DNA from: Candidatus Krumholzibacteriota bacterium | GTDB lineage: Bacteria; Krumholzibacteriota; Krumholzibacteriia; JAJRXK01 | NCBI GenBank assembly: GCA_963764625.1 | Contig: CAVXTH010000006.1 | Coordinates: forward strand, 704,001-768,000 | Direction of reading: 5' to 3' | DNA length: 64,000 bases | In this document: piece after piece, positions 25,206-34,667 of the stretch | Layout: the number at the start of each line of letters is the position of its first letter | How positions within the stretch are numbered: the stretch's first letter is position 1 | The notes under the pieces: model-generated | What the model was told of the DNA's origin: nothing | What the model saw: only the letters and a program-made list of their open reading frames with translations | Databases searched by the model: none | Translations under genes and position numbers: made by a program

Positions 25206-26921
25206 GTGCTCCGGGAACTCCGACTCAAGAACCTGGCCATCGCGCGGGATGTGTCCGTCGTCTTCGGCCCGGGGCTCAACGCCCTGAGCGGCAGCACCGG
25301 CGCGGGGAAGTCTCTGGTGGTGGAGGCGGTCCGCTGGTTGCGCGGAGAGAAGACCGATCCCGGTTTGATTCGCGCCGGGGAGGATTGGGCGTGCGCCGAG
25401 GCGGTTTTCGATCTACAGCAACGGCCCGAGATCGCACGCGCACTCTTCGAACTGGGGATGACCCCGTCCGAAGATGGCGTCCTTTGCCTGCGGCGTGAGC
25501 TCCGACGCGAAGGGCGCTCCCGCGCTTTCCTCGACGGCCGGCTCACCTCGGCCAATCACCTGCAGGCGGTTTGCGAACATCTTCTCGAGCTGTTCAGCCA
25601 GCATCAGCAGACCCAGATTCTCGAGCCCTCGCGCCACCGGCAGTTGTTGGACGATTGCGGCGTATCGGTCGAGCTGTGTGCTGAATGGAACGAGGCCTAC
25701 GTCCGCTATCGCAAGTGCCAACAGGAGCTGTGGGCCTGGCAGAAACGACGCGAAGAGTTTCTCGCGCAGCGGGAGATTCTCCTCTTTCAGCGGCGCGAGC
25801 TCGAAGAGGCCGACTTGAGCGAAGGGGAATTGGAGCGATTGCGCGAACGCGTGACGCTTTTGACCGAGGGCGCCCAAATTCTCCAGGCCGCGCAGGCCGC
25901 GTTGTCCCGGCTCGAAACGGACGAAGGAGGAGCTGTCTCGGAGCTTTCGAGCGCGATCCAGTCGCTGGACCGGGTGGGAGACGCCATCGCCTCGGTCTTC
26001 GAGGCCAAGGAATCGCTGCATCAAGCACTCGAACTCGCGAGCGATGCCTCCCGGGAACTGGAGCGCTTCCTCGACACCGCCGATTTCAATCCGGACGACC
26101 TGGATGCTGACCAGGCGCGCCTGTCTCAACTCGAATCGCTGTGCCGCAAGTACTCGCGGAGCGAGAGCGAGTTGCTCCGTCTCCTGGAGAAGCTCGCGAC
26201 GCAACTCGACGCCGAGGATTGGGAAGAAGCGCAGCCGCAGCGCCTTCTCTTACCGTTGAATACGTCCATTGCCGAGTTGGAAGAGATTGGAACTCGGCTG
26301 TGGAAGGAACGCCGGCGGGTGGCGCGGCGCGTTTCCACCAACGCCGAGCAGCTGCTAAAGGAGCTGGGAATGACCGAGGCCGAACTGAAGTTCGAGTTCG
26401 ATCTGAAGCCGGATCCCGAGGGACCGCTGAAAGTGGCTGGAGTTCGCGTCACCCCGACGCCGGAGGGACCAGGGACGGTCCGGCTGCTAGTGCGCACCAA
26501 CCGCGGCGAGACTCTGGGACCGATCGAGAAAATCGCCAGCGGGGGAGAGCTGAGTCGGATCAGCCTCGTGCTGCAGACTCTCGCCGTCCAGGGCACGCAT
26601 CCCGCCCTTCTCATTCTCGACGAAGTCGACGCCGGGGTGGGGGCCGACCTCGGTCCCGCTCTCGCGCGGCGACTCTCGGTCATGGCGGATACCCTGCAGG
26701 TCCTGGTCATCACCCATCTTCCCGCGGTCGCCGCCGCCGCGTCCACCCACCTGGTGGCCCGAAAAGAGGCTAGTGGCCAGCGCACCCTCTCCCGCATCGA
26801 TGCCGTCCAAACCGAGGACCGTCTCAGCGAGCTGAGTCGCATGGTCGGTGGCGAAAAGCGCGCGGCGCGTGAAGTGGCGCGCGGGCTCTTGCGCAGTACC
26901 CAGGCAAGAGCGGGATCATGA
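25206..26921 (+). CDS. recN: DNA repair protein RecN
   Basis: LRELRLKNLAI, Walker A GSTGAGKS, ASGGELSR, LDEVDAG, VITHLP. Confidence 0.95.
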   Translation: MLRELRLKNLAIARDVSVVFGPGLNALSGSTGAGKSLVVEAVRWLRGEKTDPGLIRAGEDWACAEAVFDLQQRPEIARALFELGMTPSEDGVLCLRRELRREGRSRAFLDGRLTSANHLQAVCEHLLELFSQHQQTQILEPSRHRQLLDDCGVSVELCAEWNEAYVRYRKCQQELWAWQKRREEFLAQREILLFQRRELEEADLSEGELERLRERVTLLTEGAQILQAAQAALSRLETDEGGAVSELSSAIQSLDRVGDAIASVFEAKESLHQALELASDASRELERFLDTADFNPDDLDADQARLSQLESLCRKYSRSESELLRLLEKLATQLDAEDWEEAQPQRLLLPLNTSIAELEEIGTRLWKERRRVARRVSTNAEQLLKELGMTEAELKFEFDLKPDPEGPLKVAGVRVTPTPEGPGTVRLLVRTNRGETLGPIEKIASGGELSRISLVLQTLAVQGTHPALLILDEVDAGVGADLGPALARRLSVMADTLQVLVITHLPAVAAAASTHLVARKEASGQRTLSRIDAVQTEDRLSELSRMVGGEKRAAREVARGLLRSTQARAGS

Positions 26922-28405
26922 GCGTTCGCGCGGACTCTCCCAGCGCGCGCCGCTTTTCCACCCTGGCTGGCCGCTACAACCTCGTTCCCGTGGTGCGAGA
27001 GCTCATGGGGGATCTCGAGACGCCCCTGTCGGCCCTCTTGAAACTGAGAGCCACCGGAGAGCGGAGCTTCCTGTTGGAGAGCGTGGAGGGCGGCGAGAAC
27101 TGGGGACGCTACTCCATCCTGGGCGTGGCGCCCTCCGGCCGCTTTCGCGCGCGCGGGGATCGCGTGACCATCGAGTGGAAAGGACGCGAGCGGGTCCTGC
27201 GGGCAGCCGACCCCCTCCAGGCACTGGCGCGATGGCTGAAGCGCTTTCGCCCCGCACCGGTGGAGGGCCTGCCGCGCTTTTTCGGCGGCGCGGTGGGAAG
27301 CATCTCCTACGATGCGATTCGTTCGATCGAGAACATTCCGGACCGTCACCGTACCCAGGATGATCCCGATGAACTCGACTTCTTTCTCGTCACCGATCTG
27401 GTGGTCTTCGACAATCTCAGCAAGCGCATGAAGCTCGTCGCGTGCGCAACGATCAAGAGCGATGCACGCGCGGCCTATCACGAGGCGGTGGCGCGGCTGG
27501 ACGCCTTGGAGACCGCGCTGCGCGCGCCTCTCCCGCAACCACTGCCCCCGCGTCCGGCGCGGAGTCCCCACTTTCGTTCCTCCACCACGAAGCAATCATT
27601 TTGTGCGGCGGTGAAACGAGCCACCGAGTACATCCGTGCCGGCGACTGCTTCCAGATCGTTCTGAGTCGCGAGCTGCGTTGCCGCTGCGCCGCCAGTGCG
27701 CTCGAAGTCTATCGCGCGCTCCGGGTCATCAATCCCAGCCCCTACATGTTCTATTTCGACTACGGTGAACGGCAGCTGGTGGGAGCCTCTCCCGAAGTCC
27801 TGGTTCGAGTCGAAGACGGACGCGCCGAGGTGAGACCGATTGCGGGAACCAGAACTCGCGGACGATCTTCAGCCGAAGATGAAGCGCTCATCCGAGAGCT
27901 CCTGGCCGATGAGAAAGAGCGGGCGGAGCACGTGATGTTGGTCGATTTGGGGCGCAACGACTTGGGACGAGTTTGCCGCTTCGGAAGTATACGGACCGAC
28001 GAGTTGATGGTGGTGGAGAAGTATAGTCACGTCATCCACCTGGTGAGCCACGTCACCGGAGAGCTACGGCGGGATCGGGATTGCTTCGACGCCCTGGCCG
28101 CGTGCTTTCCCGCAGGAACCGTATCGGGTGCGCCCAAGATTCGCGCCATGGAGCTCATCGACGAGTTGGAGACCTGCCGTCGGGGCGCCTACGCCGGAGC
28201 CGTCGGGTATATTTCTTTCGCGGGAGCCATGGATACCTGCATCGCGATCCGTACCATGGTGAAAGAGGGAGGCATCGCGCGGCTGGGAGTCGGAGCGGGA
28301 ATCGTTCTCGATAGTCAACCCGCGCGCGAGTTCGAGGAGACGAACGAAAAGGCAGGAGCCCTCAGGCAGGCCATCGAGTGGGCCGAGAGAGGGGAGTTGC
28401 AGTGA
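26918..28405 (+). CDS. trpE: Anthranilate synthase component I
   Basis: FLLESVEGG, NPSPYM, ASPE, PIAGTR, KERAEHVMLVDLGRND, GTVSGAPK. Confidence 0.96.
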   Translation: MSVRADSPSARRFSTLAGRYNLVPVVRELMGDLETPLSALLKLRATGERSFLLESVEGGENWGRYSILGVAPSGRFRARGDRVTIEWKGRERVLRAADPLQALARWLKRFRPAPVEGLPRFFGGAVGSISYDAIRSIENIPDRHRTQDDPDELDFFLVTDLVVFDNLSKRMKLVACATIKSDARAAYHEAVARLDALETALRAPLPQPLPPRPARSPHFRSSTTKQSFCAAVKRATEYIRAGDCFQIVLSRELRCRCAASALEVYRALRVINPSPYMFYFDYGERQLVGASPEVLVRVEDGRAEVRPIAGTRTRGRSSAEDEALIRELLADEKERAEHVMLVDLGRNDLGRVCRFGSIRTDELMVVEKYSHVIHLVSHVTGELRRDRDCFDALAACFPAGTVSGAPKIRAMELIDELETCRRGAYAGAVGYISFAGAMDTCIAIRTMVKEGGIARLGVGAGIVLDSQPAREFEETNEKAGALRQAIEWAERGELQ

Positions 28406-28995
28406 AATCCGGCGCTCAAAATCCTCTCGTCCTCGTCCTGGACAACTACGACAGTTTCACCTTCAACCTGGTGCAATACCTGGGTGAGCTCGGCGCGCGG
28501 GTCGAGGTGCGGCGAAACGACGAGATCAGCGTGGCGGGCATTCGCCGCCTCAAGCCGGCTGGCCTTCTCGTCTCTCCGGGACCGGGGACTCCGGATGACG
28601 CGGGGGTGAGCCTGGACGCGATCTCCCAGCTGGCGGGAAAGATGCCCATCCTGGGAGTGTGTCTCGGCCACCAGGCGCTCGCTCAGGCGTTCGGGGGGAC
28701 GATCGGGCAGGCGAATCACATTCTCCACGGGAAGACCTCGGAGGTGATACACGGGGCAAAGGGGATTTTCAGCGGGATGAAGAATCCCTTCATCGCCACC
28801 CGCTATCACAGTCTGGAAGTTCCGCGAGCGGGACTCCCGTCCGACTTCGAAGTCGTGGCGTGGACCGCCGACGACGAGATCATGGCGATCAAACACAAGC
28901 AGAGCGAGAGCTGGGGGGTCCAATTCCACCCCGAGTCCATTCTCACCGAGGATGGCATCCAGATTTTGCGCAACTGGCTGGAGTCGTGCCGATGA
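28402..28995 (+). CDS. trpG: Anthranilate synthase component II (glutamine amidotransferase)
   Basis: DNYDSFTFNL, SPGPG, GVCLGHQ, RYHSL, QFHPES. Confidence 0.96.
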   Translation: MKSGAQNPLVLVLDNYDSFTFNLVQYLGELGARVEVRRNDEISVAGIRRLKPAGLLVSPGPGTPDDAGVSLDAISQLAGKMPILGVCLGHQALAQAFGGTIGQANHILHGKTSEVIHGAKGIFSGMKNPFIATRYHSLEVPRAGLPSDFEVVAWTADDEIMAIKHKQSESWGVQFHPESILTEDGIQILRNWLESCR

Positions 28996-30041
28996 GTCAG
29001 GACGAAAGGCACTCCGTCGATCTGGGCGGCTCATTGCGTCTTGCGTTGCAAGGCAAAGACCTCGATCAACAGAGCGCCCGAGGGGTGATGGAGACCATCC
29101 TCGAAGGTAGGGCTACCGCGCCCTGGATTGCCGGTTGGTTGGTCGCTCTCAGACAAAAGGGCGAGAGCGTCGACGAGATCATCGGTTTCGTACTCGCGCT
29201 TCGCGCACACGCCGATCTCATTCAATGTACCCAGGAGCCCCTGGTCGACACCTGTGGCACCGGGGGCGACCGCGCGCACACCTTCAACATCTCTACCGGC
29301 GCGGCACTGGTGGCGGCGGGGGCGGGGGCCCATGTCGCCAAGCACGGCAACCGTTCGGTGAGCAGCCGCTGCGGAAGCGCGGACGTGATGGAAGCGTTGG
29401 GAGCTACGCTCGAAGTGCCCAAGGAGGAGGTGCGGCGGGCGATCGACGAGATCGGGTTTGGGTTTCTCTTCGCTCCCCGGCACCACTCGGCCCTGAAGCA
29501 CGCGGTCGAGCCCAGGAAGGCGCTCGGCGTACGCACCGCCTTCAACCTCCTGGGACCTCTGGTGAACCCGGCCGCGGCCCCGTACCAACTCATCGGAGTC
29601 TACGACGGTACGCTGCTGCCGAAGCTGGGCGAGGTCCTGCGGGGTCTGGGGACGCGGCGGGCTCTCCTGGTGCACGGCGAAGACGGTCTCGACGAACTGA
29701 GCGTGTGCGCTCCCAGTCGCACCCTCTTGGTCGACGGTGAGTTGACGGAAGGACGCGTCGATCCGGCCGAGTTTGGTCTGGGACCCCATCCCGCCCGGGC
29801 GCTTGCTGGGGGCGACGCGCGCCAGAACGCCGCCATTCTCAACGAGGTGCTTGGGGGAGAGAAGGGTCCGGCGCGCGACGCGATCGTCCTGAATGCGGGG
29901 GCGGCGCTTCACGTGGCAGGCCTGGCGGAGAACTTGAGGGAGGGAATCGAACGGGCGAAGCAGAGCCTCGACCGCAAAGAGGCGCTGCGCGTGCTCCACG
30001 AGTACCGACGATTCACTCAAGAGTGCGGGGGCAACGCGTGA
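28992..30041 (+). CDS. trpD: Anthranilate phosphoribosyltransferase
   Basis: DTCGTGGD, FNIST, KHGNRSVSSRCGSAD, DGLDE. Confidence 0.97.
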   Translation: MSQDERHSVDLGGSLRLALQGKDLDQQSARGVMETILEGRATAPWIAGWLVALRQKGESVDEIIGFVLALRAHADLIQCTQEPLVDTCGTGGDRAHTFNISTGAALVAAGAGAHVAKHGNRSVSSRCGSADVMEALGATLEVPKEEVRRAIDEIGFGFLFAPRHHSALKHAVEPRKALGVRTAFNLLGPLVNPAAAPYQLIGVYDGTLLPKLGEVLRGLGTRRALLVHGEDGLDELSVCAPSRTLLVDGELTEGRVDPAEFGLGPHPARALAGGDARQNAAILNEVLGGEKGPARDAIVLNAGAALHVAGLAENLREGIERAKQSLDRKEALRVLHEYRRFTQECGGNA

Positions 30042-30850
30042 GCCAGCACCTGGAGAAGATTCTCGCGTCGGTGGCGGCGCGTCTGGTGCAGCGGCGTAAA
30101 GAGGTGCCGATGGCCGCGCTCGCGCAACGCTACGCGGAGCTGGCGCCCACTCGATCGTTAGAGGCGGCCTTGCGCCGCCCCGGCAAGGGGGGAAGCGACC
30201 CCGCGCCGCTGCGGGTCATCGGGGAGCTCAAGCGCAAGTCCCCTTCGGCCGGGGCCATACGGGACGAGCTCGATGCTTCCCAGCTCGCGCGAGAACTGGA
30301 AGCGGCGGGATGTAGAGCGCTCTCGGTTCTCACCGAAGAGGAGCACTTCGGCGGAAGCCTCCAGAGTCTGGCCTCGGCCCGTTCCGCGGTCGATCTTCCG
30401 CTGCTGCGCAAGGACTTCATCGTCGACCCCTACCAGCTACTGGAAGCGCGGGTGTCGGGTGCGGACGCGGTCCTGCTCCTGGCCGCGGTGCTACCCGATG
30501 AACTCCTCCTCGCGTTCCGGGACCGAGCGGCGGAGTGGGGAATGGAGGTCCTCGCGGAGGCGCACGGGGCCCATGAGCTGGAGCGGATCCTCGAGCTGGA
30601 CCTGCCTCTGGTAGGGTGTAACGCACGTGATTTAAGAACATTCGAGGTTGATCTTCACAAGGCACTCGAACTCTGTGCCCAGGTTCCCCCCGAGAGGGTG
30701 TGCGTGGTGGAAAGCGGAATTCTCGAGCCCGAGCAGGCCCGCCTCGCGAGCGTCAGTCCGGTGGACGCGGCCCTGGTCGGGGAGGGACTCATGCGCGGCG
30801 CGAGCCCCGGCCGGCGTTTCGCCGAGCTCTTCGGGGAGGGTCCCCGATGA
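30038..30850 (+). CDS. trpC: Indole-3-glycerol phosphate synthase
   Basis: ELKRKSPSAG, LSVLTE, LLRKDF, GCNARDL, ESGI. Confidence 0.96.
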   Translation: MSQHLEKILASVAARLVQRRKEVPMAALAQRYAELAPTRSLEAALRRPGKGGSDPAPLRVIGELKRKSPSAGAIRDELDASQLARELEAAGCRALSVLTEEEHFGGSLQSLASARSAVDLPLLRKDFIVDPYQLLEARVSGADAVLLLAAVLPDELLLAFRDRAAEWGMEVLAEAHGAHELERILELDLPLVGCNARDLRTFEVDLHKALELCAQVPPERVCVVESGILEPEQARLASVSPVDAALVGEGLMRGASPGRRFAELFGEGPR

Positions 30851-31479
30851 AGCAGGTTCGGGTGAAGATCTGTGGACTGACGAGAGCGGAGGATGCCCAC
30901 TGCGCGCTCCGGCATGGCGCGAGCTACTTGGGGTTCGTTTTCGCGGAGAGCCCCCGGCGGGTGGATCCCGAGGACATCGCGCCCTGGGTGGACGAGCTGC
31001 GCCAGGAAGCCGAGCTGGTGGGCGTGTTTCGCGACCAGTCGCCAGATGAGGTGGCGCGCATCGTGGAGGCGCTCGATCTCGATCTGGTGCAGCTCCACGG
31101 GAGCGAGAGTGGCGAGGCGTGGCGGCAACTTCCGGTCCGTTTGATCGAAGCGAGGGGAGTGAGCGAGAGCCGGGTCGCTCCGTCGCGACTGCAGGATACC
31201 GCCTGGGCGACCCTCCTGGACAGCATCTCCAGTGCGGGAGGGGGGAGTGGCCAGGTGTTTCCCTGGCGCCATGCGGTGGCCCTGGCCAAGCGCAGACGGG
31301 TGTTTCTCGCGGGTGGACTGACCCCGTCGAACGTGGGGAAGGCGATCGCGCAGGTTCATCCTTTCGCGGTGGACGTGTCGAGCGGAGTCGAGAGTGAACC
31401 CGGCCACAAGGACCCAGCCAAGCTCGCGGCGTTCTTGCAAGCGGTACGCGCGTGCGACACGGGGAAGGAAGGGCAATGA
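30847..31479 (+). CDS. trpF: Phosphoribosylanthranilate isomerase
   Basis: [31 protein letters not shown]. Confidence 0.96.
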   Translation: MKQVRVKICGLTRAEDAHCALRHGASYLGFVFAESPRRVDPEDIAPWVDELRQEAELVGVFRDQSPDEVARIVEALDLDLVQLHGSESGEAWRQLPVRLIEARGVSESRVAPSRLQDTAWATLLDSISSAGGGSGQVFPWRHAVALAKRRRVFLAGGLTPSNVGKAIAQVHPFAVDVSSGVESEPGHKDPAKLAAFLQAVRACDTGKEGQ

Positions 31480-32705
31480 GCACCGGCGAATCCGAATTCG
31501 TATTCGACGAAAACCTGGGAGAGGATGGCCGCTTCGGTCCCTTCGGAGGGCAGTACATGCCCGAGACGCTGATGGGTCCTCTCGAAGAGCTGGAGCGCGC
31601 GTTTCACGCCGCACGCAAAGACGAGAGCTTCGCCCTCGAGTTGAAGGATCTGCTGGAGAATTACGCAGGCCGTCCCACGGCCCTGACTTTTGCCCGTCGT
31701 CTGAGCGCGCACTACGCGAGCGCGCCGATCTGGTTGAAGCGGGAGGATCTCGCCCACACCGGAGCCCACAAGATCAACAACGCGCTGGGACAGGTGCTTC
31801 TTGCCAAGCGCATGAAGAAGACGCGGATCATCGCCGAAACCGGGGCGGGGCAGCATGGTGTTGCCACCGCGACCGCGTGCGCTGCCCTGGGACTCTCCTG
31901 CGCGGTCTACATGGGTACGCTCGACATGAAGAGGCAGGCCCTGAACGTCTATCGCATGCGCCTTCTGGGCGCCGAGGTGATCGCCGTCGACAGCGGATCT
32001 CGCACCCTCAAGGACGCGATCAACGAGGCCATTCGCGATTGGGTGGCCTCGGTGGAGTCCACCCACTACGTGCTGGGAAGCGTCCTGGGGCCGCACCCCT
32101 TTCCGCTCATGGTTCGTCACTTCCAGAGTGTGATTGGGCAGGAAGCGCGCCGCCAGATTCTCGCGCGCGCGCATTCCCTTCCCACCCATCTGGTGGCCTG
32201 CGTGGGAGGCGGCAGCAACGCAATTGGTTTGTTCCACGCCTTCCTCGCCGATCGCGAGGTGCGGCTGATCGGGGTGGAAGCCGGAGGCAGGGGCGAGGGC
32301 ATGGGGGAGCACGCGGCTCGATTCTTCAGTGGTAAACCGGGCGTGCTTCACGGCACTCGCAGTCTGCTGCTCCAGGATGCGGATGGAAACGTGATGCCGA
32401 CGCACAGTGTCTCGGCCGGACTCGACTATCCCAGCGTCGGACCGGAGCACGCCTACTATCAGAGCGTGGGCCGAATCAAGTACACCAAGGTCAGCGACCG
32501 CGAGGCCCTGGCCGCCTTTCATCGCCTCAGCGAGCTGGAGGGGATCGTGCCGGCCCTGGAATCTTCTCATGCCCTGGCCTGGCTGGACCGGCTCATGCCC
32601 CAGCTGAGCCCGAGCGATCTGGTCATCGTGAATCTCTCGGGACGCGGCGACAAGGACGTCGAGGCAGTGCGCGCACGTGGGGGGGACGCGCCGTCCCAGG
32701 CCTAA
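31476..32705 (+). CDS. trpB: Tryptophan synthase beta chain (TrpB1)
   Basis: [46 protein letters not shown]. Confidence 0.98.
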   Translation: MSTGESEFVFDENLGEDGRFGPFGGQYMPETLMGPLEELERAFHAARKDESFALELKDLLENYAGRPTALTFARRLSAHYASAPIWLKREDLAHTGAHKINNALGQVLLAKRMKKTRIIAETGAGQHGVATATACAALGLSCAVYMGTLDMKRQALNVYRMRLLGAEVIAVDSGSRTLKDAINEAIRDWVASVESTHYVLGSVLGPHPFPLMVRHFQSVIGQEARRQILARAHSLPTHLVACVGGGSNAIGLFHAFLADREVRLIGVEAGGRGEGMGEHAARFFSGKPGVLHGTRSLLLQDADGNVMPTHSVSAGLDYPSVGPEHAYYQSVGRIKYTKVSDREALAAFHRLSELEGIVPALESSHALAWLDRLMPQLSPSDLVIVNLSGRGDKDVEAVRARGGDAPSQA

Positions 32706-32782
32706 TCGTTGCAGCCAAGGGGGCAATTTGTCATATTGGACTGCGCCGCGTCGGGGACCCCGGCGCGAATTTCGTGATGGCC

Positions 32783-32859
32783 GCGCCCGTAGCTCAGTTG
32801 GATAGAGCGTCGGTCTCCGGAACCGAAGGTCACAGGTTCGAATCCTGCCGGGCGCACCA
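32783..32859 (+). tRNA. tRNA-Arg(CCG)
   Basis: GCGCCCG/CGGGCGC acceptor, TCGGT-CTCCGGA-ACCGA, CCA. Confidence 0.96.
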
Positions 32860-32930
32860 CATTCCATCGAGAGTCCCACGGACCCCAACCCAAGCATGGG
32901 GCGGGCTTTCGTGCCACAGCTCGAACGCGT

Positions 32931-33149
32931 ATGTTCTTCACACGGATTCTCCTCCTGATTCTGGCCTTCCTGGGCGCACGCCGGGTCTTGCGCTGGTTCT
33001 CCGGGGGAAGCTCGGCGCGCGTTTCTTCGCACCCGAGAGGGTCCGTGGGGGGGCGTCCGGCATCGACTTCTGAAATCGTGAGCGAGCAGAAGATCGAGGA
33101 GGCGGACTATGAGGAGCTTCCTCAAGACCGGACGAAGCGGGGCTCGTAG
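32931..33149 (+). CDS. Small membrane-anchored hypothetical protein
   Basis: N-terminal hydrophobic helix and C-terminal IEEADYEEL motif, a pattern seen in small FCB-group proteins. Confidence 0.6.
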   Translation: MFFTRILLLILAFLGARRVLRWFSGGSSARVSSHPRGSVGGRPASTSEIVSEQKIEEADYEELPQDRTKRGS

Positions 33150-33519
33150 CGAGCGTCTGCGCGAGAAGTACCGCTCGCATTTCCGCGATGGCGGAAAGAA
33201 CTCGGGCAACCGCCTGCTGCAGAAATTCCGCCGCAATCGACAGATCCTGGCCCGGGAATTCACCTCCTTCGTGCTCTGGCTCGCGCTCGCCTTCATGATG
33301 GTCCCGCTCGGCCGCGCGCTGTGGCGGGTTTCCGTCGCCCATCTTTCCGAACGTTCCGTCTTGTGGCGCTACGGACTCCCCGGACTTTCGGTCTTCGCCC
33401 TCGTCTTCTGTCTGCTGCGGGCGCGCGCGGGCTGGCGGGAAATCCGGGAGATCCGAGCCGAGCAGGCGGAAATTCTGGCAAAACTCCGGCAGGAGATCGC
33501 CCCCGAGGACGAAGTCTGA
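33109..33519 (+). CDS. Hypothetical two-TM membrane protein
   Basis: Two hydrophobic segments and a coiled-coil-like tail; start uncertain. Confidence 0.55.
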   Translation: MRSFLKTGRSGARSERLREKYRSHFRDGGKNSGNRLLQKFRRNRQILAREFTSFVLWLALAFMMVPLGRALWRVSVAHLSERSVLWRYGLPGLSVFALVFCLLRARAGWREIREIRAEQAEILAKLRQEIAPEDEV

Positions 33520-33523
33520 GGGC

Positions 33524-33573
33524 TAACACCTTGATCCGGAAGAACTTGGGGCGCAGAGGCACACTAGTTGCAT
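33524..33573 (+). promoter_or_regulatory. sigma54 -24/-12 promoter with upstream IHF-like site
   Basis: GGCAC-ACTAG-TTGCA at 33558-33572; TAACACCTTGAT (reverse ATCAA-N4-TTA) at 33524-33535. Confidence 0.7.
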
Positions 33574-33612
33574 GGCCCGGGGGCAGCTACCCCAGAGGGA
33601 ATCGGGAAATCC

Positions 33613-34665
33613 ATGGAGAGTTACGACAGTACCCGCTGGGAGCGCCTCTTCGAGGCGATATACGAGCTTTCCGGCTTGATCAGTGCCGGGCCCCACCGGG
33701 AAGAGCAGATTCTGGAAAGGATTCTGCGCAGCGCGATGTCGTTGCTGGATGCCCGTTTCGTACACCTTCTCCTGGTGGAAAATGAACGGATCCGCCGCCT
33801 GGTCCTCTCCCGCGACGAGGGGGGGCGAGAGGTGCTCAGCGCCCAATTGCTCTCGCGCAGCACGAACCTGGTCAAGTGGATCCAGCAGGAACAGGCGGAA
33901 GCTCTGCTTCAGCCGCCGGAACTCCTGTTCGAGGGGATCGGAAGCGTCCAGGAATCCATCGCGAACGGACCACCGATGTCGTCCCCGCTGTTCACCGGGG
34001 GCAAGACCCGCGGGATCCTCATGGTCTTCCCGCAGGAGTCTTCGTTCTCTCCCGAAGATGCCAAGCTGCTGGGATTTCTGGCCAACCAGGCCTCCGTCGT
34101 GCTAGAGCTCTCGCGCCTCTATCAGCGTCTTCAGAACGAGGCCAGCACCGACGGATTGACCGGCCTGTACAACTACCGCTATTTCATGGATGCCCTGCAT
34201 CGCGAAGTCAAACGGGCGAGTCGCTTCGAGGAGCCCTTCGCCGTGGTGATGGTTGATGTCGACAACCTCAAGCAATACAATGATGCCAACGGTCATCTGG
34301 CTGGGAGCTCCGCTCTGCGCGAGATGGGATCCCTCTTGAAAACGGACGCACGGGAAATCGACATCATCGCGAAGTATGGCGGCGACGAGTTCAGCTTGAT
34401 CCTTCCCAACACCCATGCGGAGGGATCGATCGTGTTCACCGAACGCATGCTTTGCCGGGTTTCTTCGCACTGTTTCCAGGATGATCCCAAGCGCCGCTTG
34501 ACGATCAGCGCGGGCGTCGCGATGTATCCCGAAGACGGGCAGAACGCGCGAGAGCTTCTGAGCCGGGCGGATGACCGGCTCTATCTGGCCAAGTCGGAGG
34601 GTCGCGACCGCATCGGTTACCCTCTTCCACCCTCAGCGATCAGCGCTTCCACGCCCGAGGATTGA
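33613..34665 (+). CDS. GAF-GGDEF diguanylate cyclase
   Basis: TDGLTGLYNYR, DVDNLKQYNDANGHLAG, intact GGDEF with RxxD I-site (REID). Confidence 0.93.
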   Translation: MESYDSTRWERLFEAIYELSGLISAGPHREEQILERILRSAMSLLDARFVHLLLVENERIRRLVLSRDEGGREVLSAQLLSRSTNLVKWIQQEQAEALLQPPELLFEGIGSVQESIANGPPMSSPLFTGGKTRGILMVFPQESSFSPEDAKLLGFLANQASVVLELSRLYQRLQNEASTDGLTGLYNYRYFMDALHREVKRASRFEEPFAVVMVDVDNLKQYNDANGHLAGSSALREMGSLLKTDAREIDIIAKYGGDEFSLILPNTHAEGSIVFTERMLCRVSSHCFQDDPKRRLTISAGVAMYPEDGQNARELLSRADDRLYLAKSEGRDRIGYPLPPSAISASTPED

Positions 34666-34667
34666 TC

